Origin: Bacillales bacterium
GTDB lineage: Bacteria > Bacillota_I > Bacilli_A > RF39 > UBA660
Direction of reading: 5' to 3'
DNA length: 64,000 nucleotides
Assembly (NCBI GenBank): GCA_016292035.1
Contig: JAEEZR010000012.1
Location: 5,937-69,936, forward strand
Under the pieces are notes generated by a model. That model did not search any database, was not told where the DNA came from, and was given only the letters and a program-made list of their open reading frames with translations. A program made the position numbers and the translations under genes. Shown here one piece after another: positions 48,777 to 57,706 of this stretch; the stretch's first letter is position 1; every line of letters starts with the position of its first letter.

Positions 48777-51404
48777 TTATAAGCCCAAATTCTTTAAATC
48801 TTTTTCTAGCGATTCGCTCATTCTTATTACGCTTCCAGTCTCCGTATAGTAATCATTTGCTTCGGTAGCACATGAGCTTTTTTTAGTATTACATACCATG
48901 GTTAAATATCTTTTTGCTCCTGGGTGATTGCTGTCATATACAGCAATGAAATATTTATTATTATCATTGATATCTTGTATCATACTGATAGCATTTACTG
49001 CATGGTTTTCGCCCGAATAATTCCCACCTATTACAACTGGATCTTTTGCTCTTAGTCTATTTATTAGTGCACCTGTAAAATATATTCCGTTTTTCATTGT
49101 AACATCATTTATGTTTAATATGTCCCTCTTAACAACTTCAAACGAATTTCCTGATGACAGTACTTCTTTATACTTGTTCATTTGTTGAGAATGCATATGG
49201 TATATGCTTTTAAACAACTCTTTCTCATCTTGTGTTATTTGATTTGTTTCCGAAAGCTTACTTTCTAATAGTTTATAAACCTCATATTCATCATAATTAG
49301 GTCTGGAAGAAATACTTTTTGTTTCTATCTTATATATTCCTGAGTTTATCATTGTGTCTCTGTAGTCATTTGAAAGTTGTAAAACTCTATCAACTGGTTT
49401 TGGATCCCATCTATTTTGCTCTTCTTCTCCAAAAGCTGCTGATCCTACTGCATATTTTAAAATATTTGATGTTAGTTTATAATCATATAGATTCTTATAT
49501 GATGTTAAATGACTATTTGTTAATTTGTACTCTGGGGCTGTTGTACCATACGGATTGTCCTTGTTAACAAATCTTGTTGCTGCAGAAGTCTCGATTTCTC
49601 TGCTTGCTAAACTCATTGGTAATTTCTTCACATAATATAATTCTGCGAATAGAGCCATTCCATGGCAGTGGCCCCCCGAAACATCCGTAGTATAGTTATG
49701 AAACGAAAATCCATCTCTGCTTGCAGTAAATCCACTGTCTGCCACTAGCAAGCCTTCATATATTCCATCTCCATCTATGTCTACCAGCCCATCATTAACT
49801 GCTGTTTCTACCTTTTGAAGTGTTTCATCAAGTCCACTGACATCTGAAGAAGAATAGAATTCGCATCCAGTCTCTTCTGAAATTTCTTTTAGGTCTTCGT
49901 TCTTTGAGCCTTCACCAAATCCTACTGCACAGACTTTAGCTCTGTTTAGAGTAGCTTTATTAATTAGACTCTTTTTATCATATTTAAGGCTACTGTCTTC
50001 TCCGTCTGTGAGTAAGATTACAATTTTGTTATCTGTATCTGAATTAAATTCTTTTATTGATTTTTCAATTGCTTCACTTATATCAGTTCCTGCACTTCTA
50101 GTTATGAATGTTCCGTTCATTGCTGATACTTTATCTGATATTGTTTTATAATCTTGTCCAATGCCCACCAAAGATGCATAATCCGCTCTGAATTCAGATA
50201 CTCCAACACTGTATCCTTTATCTATAAACTTCTTTGATAATTCTTTAGTTAAATCAAATCTTCTTCCTTCAGTGTCTGAAGCTGATAATGGAGTAGCTGT
50301 TCCACCAAATAAAGTATCCCACCAACTTCCTGTATATTCTTCTCCAGTTATTTCTTTATATTGAGCATTAGAATACATGCTCCATGAATTATCTAAAACA
50401 AATAGCACTTCTGTTGTATTACTTTCTTTTACTTCGTCTTTATCTCCAACTACATACATTGAAAAGTGTTCTAAGTTCGCTGTTACTCTTTTACTATTCT
50501 TGTCTACTTTTGACTCAACTGGCTCATATGTGCCTTTTTCTACATTATAGTAATAAATAGTTAGATTCTCTTCTTTAATATTATACTTTGTTAACTCTTC
50601 ATCAGTATAGCTAATTGTCATCTCTATCTTATCTAGCTTTGCGTTTGAGTGTATAGAGTACAACTTATTTATTAGACCATTTTTCTTTGATATTGCTGTA
50701 TCATCTATGATGTTTGCACTTAATCCAGCTAAATTTCCTTTACCTGTTAAATTGATTTCCAAATTTTCATTCTTATAGTTATATGTTAAAGTTCTTTGTG
50801 AGTCATTAACGCCATCACCTTTTGAATCTGTTTTTAACGGATCTAGTTCTAACAGTACTTCATCATAATCACTTACTGTGTCCCCATCAGTGTCCTTCTT
50901 TAGCGGATCTGTCTTACTAACATTTAATTCGTAATAATCTGGGAGACCATCTAAATCTGTGTCTGACAATTCCGGATTAGTGCCTTTTTCTTTTTCTTCT
51001 TTATTAGTAAGGCCATCATTATCAGTGTCATCATTATCACTTAAAACAATTTCATATCCCGAACCTAGATCAGCAGTAAAATCTTTAATTACTTCTAATT
51101 TGATTTTTATTCTATCTTTTTTATATGTTGCTGTAATAGTACACGTTTTTCCTTTTTCTTTTGTTAAATCCCAAACTACTTCTAATTCGTTTTGAGTTAT
51201 TTCACCACATGTAGAATTAAACTTTACTTTTGTAGGGTCTTCGCCCTCTATAAGTGATACTTTTAGTTTTACTTTTACCGGTGTGACTATTCCGTCTTCT
51301 ATATCGGAGTAAGTTTTATCCCAGCTTATTGCTTTTGGACCAAAAAAGTAAAAATATGCGAAAATACCAGAAGCTATTAGTACTATTGCTAACAATATTA
51401 TCAC
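48777..51404 (-). CDS. Single-pass membrane protein with thrombospondin-type-3-like Ca-binding D-x-D-x-D-G repeats, a VWA domain with a MIDAS motif, and a C-terminal Cys/His-containing domain. The N-terminal zinc ribbon is detached by a frameshift (see 51407..51502).
   Basis: (V)IILLAIVLIASGIFAYFYFF TM. DTDNDGLTNKEE, DTDLDGLPDYYE and DTDGDTVSDYDE repeats. VLFVLDNSWSM (D-x-S-x-S MIDAS) and ILLTDGED. GGHCHGMA near the C-terminus. The ORF-track start is GTG. Confidence 0.6.
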   Translation of the reverse strand: MIILLAIVLIASGIFAYFYFFGPKAISWDKTYSDIEDGIVTPVKVKLKVSLIEGEDPTKVKFNSTCGEITQNELEVVWDLTKEKGKTCTITATYKKDRIKIKLEVIKDFTADLGSGYEIVLSDNDDTDNDGLTNKEEKEKGTNPELSDTDLDGLPDYYELNVSKTDPLKKDTDGDTVSDYDEVLLELDPLKTDSKGDGVNDSQRTLTYNYKNENLEINLTGKGNLAGLSANIIDDTAISKKNGLINKLYSIHSNAKLDKIEMTISYTDEELTKYNIKEENLTIYYYNVEKGTYEPVESKVDKNSKRVTANLEHFSMYVVGDKDEVKESNTTEVLFVLDNSWSMYSNAQYKEITGEEYTGSWWDTLFGGTATPLSASDTEGRRFDLTKELSKKFIDKGYSVGVSEFRADYASLVGIGQDYKTISDKVSAMNGTFITRSAGTDISEAIEKSIKEFNSDTDNKIVILLTDGEDSSLKYDKKSLINKATLNRAKVCAVGFGEGSKNEDLKEISEETGCEFYSSSDVSGLDETLQKVETAVNDGLVDIDGDGIYEGLLVADSGFTASRDGFSFHNYTTDVSGGHCHGMALFAELYYVKKLPMSLASREIETSAATRFVNKDNPYGTTAPEYKLTNSHLTSYKNLYDYKLTSNILKYAVGSAAFGEEEQNRWDPKPVDRVLQLSNDYRDTMINSGIYKIETKSISSRPNYDEYEVYKLLESKLSETNQITQDEKELFKSIYHMHSQQMNKYKEVLSSGNSFEVVKRDILNINDVTMKNGIYFTGALINRLRAKDPVVIGGNYSGENHAVNAISMIQDINDNNKYFIAVYDSNHPGAKRYLTMVCNTKKSSCATEANDYYTETGSVIRMSESLEKDLKNLGL

Positions 51405-51406
51405 TA

Positions 51407-51502
51407 TTAATTTTTATTTATTGGTTTTCTTTTTTTAGCGCCACATCCCGGACAGAATGCCGCTTCCTCTGGAATTGCTATTCCACATTTTTTACAGTTC
51501 AT
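51407..51502 (-). CDS. Stand-alone 31-aa zinc-ribbon mini-ORF (MNCKKCGIAIPEEAAFCPGCGAKKRKPINKN), the detached N-terminal anchor of the downstream VWA protein. Followed by TAA-TAG-TGA in its own frame.
   Basis: Same C-x2-C-x10-C-x2-C-G plus basic linker as the other island paralogs. It is one A short of being in frame with 48777..51404 at the A5 run 51411..51415. Confidence 0.5.
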   Translation of the reverse strand: MNCKKCGIAIPEEAAFCPGCGAKKRKPINKN

Positions 51503-51520
51503 ATTCTACTCCTTTTTATA

Positions 51521-53893
51521 TTAAACACTTTTTGCATTGTCCACAATTACTTGTGGGATTTCCACATCTCCAGCTTTATCATAATTTGAAAATTCTATTG
51601 TTGCTGTAAACAGTTCCATAGTATCTATCATATCAGAAAAATCATATTCTAGTTTTGTGATATAACCATTTTCTGTGTAGACATCTACATATACATCACC
51701 TTTTATTGCTGATGTATCTGCTTTTGCATCGTTCATTAAACCTTCAATATCTTTCTTACTCATTTTTACTTTATAATGGTTTTTTGATACTGTTTGGACA
51801 TCTTTCATGGTTGTTAACTGATTTAGTATTTTTTTTAAGTCTACCAGTTGCGATGTTCCTTTTTCTTTCCACCATGTATCTCCTCCGAAAGGTTGAGTCA
51901 TATAAGTTATCCCTGAATTGAAGTCATAATATAGCTTACTTGATAGTGTCATACCTAGAGTTGTATTATCGGAATCTAAGTATTCTTTTTGATGGAGTTC
52001 ATCAACTGTACCTTTTGAATGTGATTCAACTTCTATTCCAATTACTTTAGTGTGCATTGTTACTTCTATATTATAGTTTTTAAATGAAGTATTGTATTCA
52101 CTATTTTTTACTACCTTGCTGTTTTTTACGTCGATAGTATAACTATATGTAGTAGTTATGTCACCATTTGTTACTACTAGGTAAATGTTATCATAAGTTA
52201 CATACAAGGCAGTATCAACCTCTAGTTCACTTGATGTCTTTTTTAATTCCTTATAGTAACCATTTTTCTCTCCATAAAGAATTATAGTTAAGTATTCATT
52301 ATTATTTACTGATACTTTTAATTCAGTCTTTTCTCCTAATTTGAAGTAGTCAATAGAACCTTCTCCAATTACGATGTTATATGTTTTTTGTTCGTTAATT
52401 TCTTGCTTATCACTAATTCCCATGTTAGATATTAGTGACTTATTATCATAATTTTGGCTTAGTGTGTAGTATGCCAAATCATTTATTGTGTTAATTAATT
52501 CCTCTTTAGAAGCATTATTTCTTATGTATTTAAATGGTTTTTCTTGATAGTGGGCATTCATTAATATTTCAGCCCAGTTGCTTACATTCTGAGAGAATGA
52601 ATAATAATATGGGAAAATTCCATACCCAAGATAGCCTGATTTATTAGCAACATTTGCAAGGTTATTACTAGTTGCCTTCGTATATATTCCGGCCCAATTA
52701 TTTAGATAATTGTTAGTAGAGTTTACATTGCTAACTTTTACACTTGCAAAGTTTGCCATTCCTTCAGTTATTAATTCTGGTGAAGTACATCTATCTTTAG
52801 TATTAGCTTTGCAATATAGGTATTGCATGTGATGAAACAATTCATGATTAGCTAACTGAACTAAGCTATCTAAACCATCAGAAAAGCCTCTCTTGTTTAT
52901 AACAATATAAGGATAGTTTATTATGCCATCTTCATCTAGAATATCAAGAAACAATGATCTGTTAATCCATTTTTTTGCATCAACTTCGTCTTCATAAGAG
53001 GCTAGTGTGCTATCACTTCCAGTGTCATAAACATACACACTCATGGCAGTTTTTAATATGTCTTTAGGCATATTATTTTGTTCAAGTACTGTCTTTGCTT
53101 TTTTCCAATCCTCATTAAATACTTTGTTATCAACGTATGGACTATAAATGTATTCAATACCAAATTCCTGTTCATACATATTAACACTATTTTCTAATGT
53201 GTCAGATATTAGTTTTAACTGCTCCTGTGTAATTGCATCTTCTCCATCACTTGCATACCATATTAGGAAGTTATTTTTAGATGATAAATATACATTATTT
53301 AGTCTATGATTATATGTATTACTTTTATCTTCCTCGTTACTTAAGAATTGCACTTTATAGCTACTTTTAGAACTATTTGATTGTTGAACATTAGATTTTT
53401 CTTCACCAAGTGATACATTAATCAATAATTTATTCTCCAAATAAAACTTAACTATGTTTTCGTCTAGTTCATCGTAATGATTTTCTAGTAACTCTGTTGT
53501 TTCAAATTCACATCCTGAAGTGTGATAGTTATAGTCTGATTGATATTTGGAATTTAATTTTTCTGTTGAAAACTCTAAGTACACTAACTCAGTGAAATAA
53601 TCCTTTGTACTTAAATTTCCATTTTCATAATCTTTTTTTATTTTTTCTAGCGAGTTTAATTTTTCGGATTCAACTATAGTTTGGTTGTTACTATTGTTGT
53701 CCTTATTCTCATTATTATTTTCCGTTTTTTGAAGTATGAAGTACGCTAGCACTCCCGCAGCTATTATAACTAAAAGAACTAGCAAAATAATAATCTTGCT
53801 AGAGAATGATTTTTTTCTTTCAATTTTATTTCCGCAGTTTGGACAGAATTCTACATTATTATCTACCTGTGTGCTGCAATTACTACACTTCAT
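51521..53893 (-). CDS. Zinc-ribbon single-pass membrane protein with a large ectodomain containing an HExxH (zincin-like) motif
   Basis: MKCSNCSTQVDNNVEFCPNCG, a basic linker, and TM IIILLVLLVIIAAGVLAYFIL. NHELFHHMQY is encoded at 52826..52846 (HExxH at 52832..52846). 790 aa. Confidence 0.55.
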   Translation of the reverse strand: MKCSNCSTQVDNNVEFCPNCGNKIERKKSFSSKIIILLVLLVIIAAGVLAYFILQKTENNNENKDNNSNNQTIVESEKLNSLEKIKKDYENGNLSTKDYFTELVYLEFSTEKLNSKYQSDYNYHTSGCEFETTELLENHYDELDENIVKFYLENKLLINVSLGEEKSNVQQSNSSKSSYKVQFLSNEEDKSNTYNHRLNNVYLSSKNNFLIWYASDGEDAITQEQLKLISDTLENSVNMYEQEFGIEYIYSPYVDNKVFNEDWKKAKTVLEQNNMPKDILKTAMSVYVYDTGSDSTLASYEDEVDAKKWINRSLFLDILDEDGIINYPYIVINKRGFSDGLDSLVQLANHELFHHMQYLYCKANTKDRCTSPELITEGMANFASVKVSNVNSTNNYLNNWAGIYTKATSNNLANVANKSGYLGYGIFPYYYSFSQNVSNWAEILMNAHYQEKPFKYIRNNASKEELINTINDLAYYTLSQNYDNKSLISNMGISDKQEINEQKTYNIVIGEGSIDYFKLGEKTELKVSVNNNEYLTIILYGEKNGYYKELKKTSSELEVDTALYVTYDNIYLVVTNGDITTTYSYTIDVKNSKVVKNSEYNTSFKNYNIEVTMHTKVIGIEVESHSKGTVDELHQKEYLDSDNTTLGMTLSSKLYYDFNSGITYMTQPFGGDTWWKEKGTSQLVDLKKILNQLTTMKDVQTVSKNHYKVKMSKKDIEGLMNDAKADTSAIKGDVYVDVYTENGYITKLEYDFSDMIDTMELFTATIEFSNYDKAGDVEIPQVIVDNAKSV

Positions 53894-53915
53894 TCTTTTT
53901 CCCTACCTTTAGTTG

Positions 53916-54953
53916 TTAGTTAAACATGTTCATTATTCCGTTTAGTCCATCTGTTATAGAACTAGTAACAGCTGATGTAATTAGGTGCATTCCTAAATAA
54001 TATCCTGCTATTGCTAGAATTGCAAAGCATATAGAATTGAATAGTATTTTACTATCATTATTTTCAAATTCAAATTGTTCATTTACTAATGTAATAAATA
54101 TTGCTAAAGAGTACACTGCTGATGCAATTGTTAGTATCATTGATAGTGGTGCCCATATATATCCTAAAATTGTAGATACAAATAGTGAAACTGCTGCTGC
54201 TGGAAGTACTGCTACTGATGATATTGCTAGTAGTCTAGTAAACTTAGCTTGTTTTTTGAATATTAATCCAGCAACATAGAATACTATTGCAAGTGATAGT
54301 ATTATTCCTGCTCCCATTAATATACTTGTGAATATTAATTTTAGATATTCTACATTCTTAAGATTTTCGAATGATACAATTAGTGATTTAGTGCAGAATA
54401 AAGTAGAGCATTTAACAAATACTGCTGTTATTAATCCTCTTAATATATTTAATACTGCTATTACACCTGCTGTTATTCCAGCGAAAGTAAATAAAGTCTT
54501 TTTATCATCAAAGCTTTCTTCAGCTTCTTTATATTTGCTATTTGGTTTGATTACTGCATAAAGCATAAACATAAAGTAATCTTTTATAGCTGCAAATTTA
54601 GAAGTTGATACTGTTTGAGTAGCACTAGATACATTTACTTGTGGAGCAGATGGTGCTACATATTCTTTAGTTGGTTCAACCGCAGGAGCAGGATTAACCA
54701 CTTCTTCTACTGGTGTAGATGGTTTAATATTACTGTATTCATTTCTTACTTGTTCAGTTAAATCACTCATTATTTCTGTACGTGATTCTGGTTCAACTGG
54801 CGCTACTTGTTCTGCTACAGTTTGCACTTCAACAGTGTTTACTGTTTGTGCTGTTAAAGGGCTTCCACACTTTATGCAAAAGCTATTTCCTGGTGTGTTT
54901 TCATATCCACAATTATTACATTTCATTTTAATACCTCTTTCTTCAATAGCCAT
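53916..54953 (-). CDS. Zinc-ribbon protein fused to a Yip1-like multi-pass membrane domain. The likely true start is the internal MKCNNCG at 54926, which has an AGAGGT RBS.
   Basis: MKCNNCGYENTPGNSFCIKCG, a Pro/Val/Glu-rich linker, then five TM helices in a Yip1/DUF1282-like arrangement. Confidence 0.55.
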   Translation of the reverse strand: MAIEERGIKMKCNNCGYENTPGNSFCIKCGSPLTAQTVNTVEVQTVAEQVAPVEPESRTEIMSDLTEQVRNEYSNIKPSTPVEEVVNPAPAVEPTKEYVAPSAPQVNVSSATQTVSTSKFAAIKDYFMFMLYAVIKPNSKYKEAEESFDDKKTLFTFAGITAGVIAVLNILRGLITAVFVKCSTLFCTKSLIVSFENLKNVEYLKLIFTSILMGAGIILSLAIVFYVAGLIFKKQAKFTRLLAISSVAVLPAAAVSLFVSTILGYIWAPLSMILTIASAVYSLAIFITLVNEQFEFENNDSKILFNSICFAILAIAGYYLGMHLITSAVTSSITDGLNGIMNMFN

Positions 54954-54972
54954 GCTATGCTATTATGATTTA

Positions 54973-55002
54973 ATTATATTATATAGCAATATAGCTTGTA
55001 AA
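54973..55002 (-). promoter_or_regulatory. Candidate sigma-A promoter (TTTACA -N18- TATAAT on the minus strand) in the 64-bp gap between rlmH and the first zinc-ribbon gene
   Basis: -35 at 55002..54997 and -10 at 54978..54973, read on the minus strand. AT-rich background makes chance matches likely. Confidence 0.3.
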
Positions 55003-55017
55003 CAAAAAACATACCAT

Positions 55018-55455
55018 TTACTTATGATATGTTTCATTATTCATTATTTTAAATGCTCTATATATTTGTTCTAGAAGTATTATTCTAAATAATCCATGTG
55101 GAAATGTTAATCTTGAAAAAGATATTAATTTATTTGATAGGGCTTTTATTTAACTATGTATACCATCAGAACCACCTATTATAAATGTTATATTTGAGTT
55201 TCCATTTATTAGATTATTATTTATTAAATCTTTAAATTCTATAGTATTTAATGTTTCTCCTTCGATTGCTAATGATATTATATAATCTTTATTACTTAGG
55301 TGCTTCTTTATTTCTTCTTTTTCTTCATTTATATTGGAGTCTTTTAGTTCGATTATCTCTATCTTGTGATATTTAGTTAATCTTTTTAGATAATCATTTA
55401 CTGCATCTTTTAGATAATCTTCTTTTAATTTTCCTACTACTATTATTTTTATCAC
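55018..55455 (-). pseudogene. rlmH: 23S rRNA (pseudouridine1915-N3)-methyltransferase RlmH interrupted by an in-frame TAA at 55150..55152. N-terminal 101 codons at 55153..55455; the C-terminal 43 codons continue in the same frame to the TAA at 55018..55020.
   Basis: The N-part MIKIIVVGKLKEDYLKDAVNDYLKRL...ITFIIGGSDGIHS is followed in frame, after TAA, by [43 protein letters not shown]. This aligns residue for residue with the SPOUT C-terminus of RlmH ([35 protein letters not shown]). Start overlaps the upstream MBL gene (ATGA). Confidence 0.7.
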
Positions 55456-56207
55456 TTTGATACCTCCAAGATGCTAGTTTCTGAAGCACATTCTTTTACT
55501 TTGAAGTTTACTTCATTTTCCTTTAGTATTCTATTTACTGTTTTAAGTGCTATGTCTGGAGTGTTATTAGTTTCTGAAAGGTGCGCGAGTATTACTTTTT
55601 TTGTGTTTGGGCCTATTATTCTAGATAGATATCCTGCTGCTAATTCGTTTGATAAGTGGCCTTTATCGCTCACTATTCTTTGCTTTAGTATTTCTGGATA
55701 TGGTCCTTTCTTTAACATTTCAGGATCATGATTGCTTTCAAATATGTAGTATGTTTTATCAGTAATTAATTTAAAGTATTTATGATTAATGTATCCAGTA
55801 TCTGTTATATAAACTAGACTTTCACTATCTTTTTCTATCAAGTATCCATTTGATGTAATTGCATCATGGCTTGTAGGTATTATTTTTATAGTAGCTCCTT
55901 TTATAAATATTTCATCTTCCAGATATATACTATCTTCATATTTTCCTAGTAATTCTTTTTCTATTTCTTTGCTTATATAAAGCATTGGTTTTACTTTATT
56001 AAGCAAGACTTTAAGACCACTCGTATGGTCTGAGTGGTCATGTGTTATTAGAACTAGTTCTATATCTTTTATATCGACATCTATTTCGTTTAGTCTTTCT
56101 CTTATCTTATTGTAAGAAATTCCTGCATCTATAAGAACTTTAACACTTCCTAAGTCCACATATGTGCAGTTTCCCTTTGAGCCACTAGCTAGTACTACTA
56201 CTCTCAT
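55452..56207 (-). CDS. MBL-fold metallo-hydrolase (YycJ/WalJ-like)
   Basis: HxHxDH motif (ITHDHSDHTSG). 251 aa. Conserved position upstream of rlmH, as in the Firmicute walJ-rlmH neighbourhood. Confidence 0.8.
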   Translation of the reverse strand: MRVVVLASGSKGNCTYVDLGSVKVLIDAGISYNKIRERLNEIDVDIKDIELVLITHDHSDHTSGLKVLLNKVKPMLYISKEIEKELLGKYEDSIYLEDEIFIKGATIKIIPTSHDAITSNGYLIEKDSESLVYITDTGYINHKYFKLITDKTYYIFESNHDPEMLKKGPYPEILKQRIVSDKGHLSNELAAGYLSRIIGPNTKKVILAHLSETNNTPDIALKTVNRILKENEVNFKVKECASETSILEVSK

Positions 56208-57706
56208 TAGTTATAAGCTAGTTTAAATGGATCCATGTGTTGTCCATAGTATTCAACTTGGAAGTGTAAGTGAGCACCAAAAGAGTATCCTGTGTTACCC
56301 ATGTATCCAATTACTTGTCCTTTACCAACTATAGTATTTACTGATATTCCACTTGCAAATCCACTCAAGTGCATGTATTTTGTAACATATTCTTCGTTGT
56401 GTCTTAAGTGAATATAGTTTCCTTCAGTACTATTGTATCCTACTGATATGATAGTTCCTGTTTGAGCAGCATATATTGGTGAACCATAACCAGTTCCTGA
56501 TATGTCTATTCCTTTGTGGAAACCGTTTATACCTAGCTCTAGGTCTACTCTGTATCCGTAGTCACTTGTAATTACGTATGGTTTGTTTGTTGGCCAGTAC
56601 CATCCACCTGTGTCTCCTAGATAGTGTAGTGGAAGTCCACCTTTTACTACTACCTCATTTATTACTGGTGTTTTTACTAGTGTTTCAAGAGGCACTACCT
56701 GAGTCATTTGACCGTTTATAGTTTCAATATAGTATGATACTACACTTTCTCCATCAGATCCTTTTTGCTCAGTATAAGTTGTACCTGCTAAAAGTTTATC
56801 ATTATATCTAACTTCTTTTGAGTGTTGTACTTTTTTCTTTTCTATAAGATTCTTTTCTACAACTATTCCTATTATTGGATTTACTAGTCCAACATTTACT
56901 TCTTGTCCACTATATAAAAGTGCATTTGGACTTGTTATGCTAGGATTAACTATTAAGAATTCAGTTACATTAAGTTGATAATTATTAGCTATTTCTTTTA
57001 TAGTTTCACCTGTTCTTACTGTATGTACTCCTGGTTTTTCAGTTGTTCCAAATAGTAAGTATTTAGATAGTTCATTAGCATCCTTGAATATTTGCTCTTT
57101 TACAGAAATATATTTTTCTTTAGTTGTTATTTCCTCTTTTATTTTTATATTTTCTATTCTGCTTAATGGTTCGTCACCAACACTTGCTGATACTTTTATT
57201 ACTTCTTGTGTCCCATCTATGTATGAAGTATATTCTTTGTCTCCTACAAAAGCTTTTATTGTATTCTCTACGGCTTTATCGAAGTCTTCTAGATGTATTA
57301 CATTTATTGTTTCATAATCATCTTCACTTCTCTTAATAGAGATTTCATATCCTTTTATTGTGAAACTTTCTGTTTCTTTAACTTTTTTATATACATCTTT
57401 TACATCATCTACCTCTCCTTCATAAGTAACTACTTTACTTATTTCTAGATCGTTAGGCGCATAGACTTTATCTACATTATATTCTTTTTTTATCTTTTCT
57501 TGTTCTTTATCTATTAATTTGTATAATTCATCTTTATCTTCTATTATACCGATTTTATTTCCAGATAAATATACTTGATAAACCGTAATGGGTCCGTTAT
57601 TTAGAGTTTTTCTATCAATGCCCATTATAAATATAAGTGCGGTTAATATTACTAAAAAAACCCCCAGCTTATAAATAGTTTTTTTATTCATTATTAATTT
57701 CATCAC
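56207..57706 (-). CDS. M23 family peptidoglycan DD-metalloendopeptidase with a LysM domain
   Basis: N-terminal TM, LysM (HTVRTGETIKEIANNYQLNVTEFLIVNP), and C-terminal M23 (FHKGIDISG...GAHLHFQV). 499 aa. Confidence 0.8.
   Translation of the reverse strand: MMKLIMNKKTIYKLGVFLVILTALIFIMGIDRKTLNNGPITVYQVYLSGNKIGIIEDKDELYKLIDKEQEKIKKEYNVDKVYAPNDLEISKVVTYEGEVDDVKDVYKKVKETESFTIKGYEISIKRSEDDYETINVIHLEDFDKAVENTIKAFVGDKEYTSYIDGTQEVIKVSASVGDEPLSRIENIKIKEEITTKEKYISVKEQIFKDANELSKYLLFGTTEKPGVHTVRTGETIKEIANNYQLNVTEFLIVNPSITSPNALLYSGQEVNVGLVNPIIGIVVEKNLIEKKKVQHSKEVRYNDKLLAGTTYTEQKGSDGESVVSYYIETINGQMTQVVPLETLVKTPVINEVVVKGGLPLHYLGDTGGWYWPTNKPYVITSDYGYRVDLELGINGFHKGIDISGTGYGSPIYAAQTGTIISVGYNSTEGNYIHLRHNEEYVTKYMHLSGFASGISVNTIVGKGQVIGYMGNTGYSFGAHLHFQVEYYGQHMDPFKLAYN

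Noticed and set aside
51404-51404. The GTG at 51404 as a genuine independent start of the VWA protein, making the upstream zinc-ribbon peptide a separate gene by design
   Set aside because: It cannot be excluded. It is less likely because five paralogs encode the ribbon, linker and TM as one polypeptide, and a single A added to the A5 run recreates that architecture exactly. Both features are kept, with a frameshift flag.
54954-55017. Hairpin or attenuator between rlmH and the first zinc-ribbon gene
   Set aside because: Candidate inverted repeats (aaacatacc.../...gatatgtttc) do not pair convincingly (about 4 mismatches in 10). Only a weak promoter-like TTTACA-N18-TATAAT could be supported.
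55150-55152. The in-frame stop in rlmH as selenocysteine or programmed read-through
   Set aside because: The codon is TAA, not TGA. There is no SECIS-like hairpin immediately downstream. A nonsense mutation or a base-call error is more parsimonious.
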